From positions 284,514,695 to 284,578,694 of the forward strand of contig NC_058131.1 of the NCBI RefSeq assembly GCF_016433145.1: a DNA stretch of 64,000 bases, in the 5' to 3' direction. Source of the DNA: Gracilinanus agilis. Lineage: Eukaryota. Made by a program: the position numbers and the translations under genes. Under the pieces are notes generated by a model. It was not told the DNA's origin. It saw nothing but the letters and a program-made list of their open reading frames with translations, and ran no database searches. Positions within the stretch are counted from its first letter, which is position 1, and the number at the start of each line of letters is the position of its first letter. This document shows, in pieces, positions 62,985-64,000 of the stretch.

Positions 62985-64000
62985 GGCCCAGCTGTTGGCC
63001 TCTCCGGAAAGGCCTCCCCTCCTGCCACACACAGCTGGTGCCGGAGAGAGATGCCCCCCTCCTTGTCTCGCTGCCCCGGGAACCTCCCTCCCCCATTCCT
63101 CCCCAAAATCCCGACACCCTAGAAGGGGCCCCCAAGATGAAGGCTTGGGCAAGCCAGCTGTTAGGCCTGCCCCGCCCGCCCTATGGGAATCCGACGCCTT
63201 CCTGGATTTCCTCCCTCAGGGCCCTTCCCAAACCCTCTTTTCAATCCTGTTCACCCAGGATCAGACTCCCCTTTGCCTCAGATCCAGGCCTGGGGTTCCA
63301 GAGTTAGGGACGGTGGGAACTGGAGCTAGGGTTGGGGAAGGTATGTGTGGAAGGACTACATATGTGATATTATTTGGTGGGGGTAGAAAATTGTTTCTCT
63401 CTTCTTAGAGTAACTCCTATGAGGAGGATTTGGAATGTGGTTAGGTAACCATCCCCCTTCCCAAGTTGTCATTATAACCTCTTGGCCTGGGAAAATGGAC
63501 AAGATATTTAAAATTACTCCCTCTTGGGAAATTCTTGATTCCCTTGGGAACATACATTCAGAGGCTGCCCAAAGACCTGGAGTGACTATCACTGTGCAGA
63601 TTAAGAAGCCTATTTTACATTGATGATCATGATGGATTATAATGATCAGTAATTCCTAAATTTATCTAGTTCTTGATTCTTAAGATCTCAAAGAATTCAA
63701 AACATGTTTGAGAAGTGAATGAGAGTATTATTTCTGCCCAGATTCCAACTCTTTTGAAATGTTCCTGGTTTCATTTTTCAACTTTTCCCTCCACACACTT
63801 ATTACCTAAATTACTAGAACCATTATCCCCTTTACTCATTGCTCTCTATGTCAAGATATGCTCATCTATCAGGGGAATGGAGAGGACTTAAAATGGGGGG
63901 AATTCTATTAGGTTGGAAGAGAAGTTACTTTTGAGGGGGTAACAAAGGATTTGGAGTTGGGATACCTAAGATTGAGTCCAGGTTTTCACATTTAATTATC

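Noticed and set aside
62093-63408. Multiple 120-186 aa ORFs over the SWI5/GOLGA2 CpG island
   Set aside because: GC-rich stop-poor frames with no recognisable homology apart from the short true exons they overlap.

Overview
Didelphid marsupial (opossum-family) genomic DNA, judged from opossum-type tRNA-derived SINEs and marsupial L1/hAT elements. It is syntenic with the human 9q34 block SLC27A4-COQ4-TRUB2-SWI5-GOLGA2, here in reverse orientation. Left to right: a CpG-island promoter assigned by synteny to SLC27A4 (-); an intron-containing tRNA-Arg(TCT) (+); complete COQ4 (-, 6 coding exons, 275 aa); complete TRUB2 (+, 8 exons, 310 aa) head-to-head with COQ4; complete SWI5 (-, 5 exons, 130 aa); and exon 1 of GOLGA2 (+) head-to-head with SWI5. 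All exons were placed by hand from GT/AG boundaries and reading-frame continuity. Protein comparisons to human and mouse are from memory, not from a search. Most of the remainder is L1, L2, MIR, more than 30 SINEs and several hAT MITEs. Main observations: (1) SWI5 has no usable AUG and appears to start at a CUG in optimal Kozak context that aligns with the human sequence; (2) the conserved upstream GOLGA2 AUG is 1 nt out of frame because of a C8 run; (3) COQ4 lacks the intron that splits human exons 1 and 2; (4) both N-gaps are bordered by Tn5 mosaic-end adapter sequence, one with a false duplication; (5) there is an unexplained 102-bp, 97%-identical local duplication. No prokaryote-type system (CRISPR, operon) is present.
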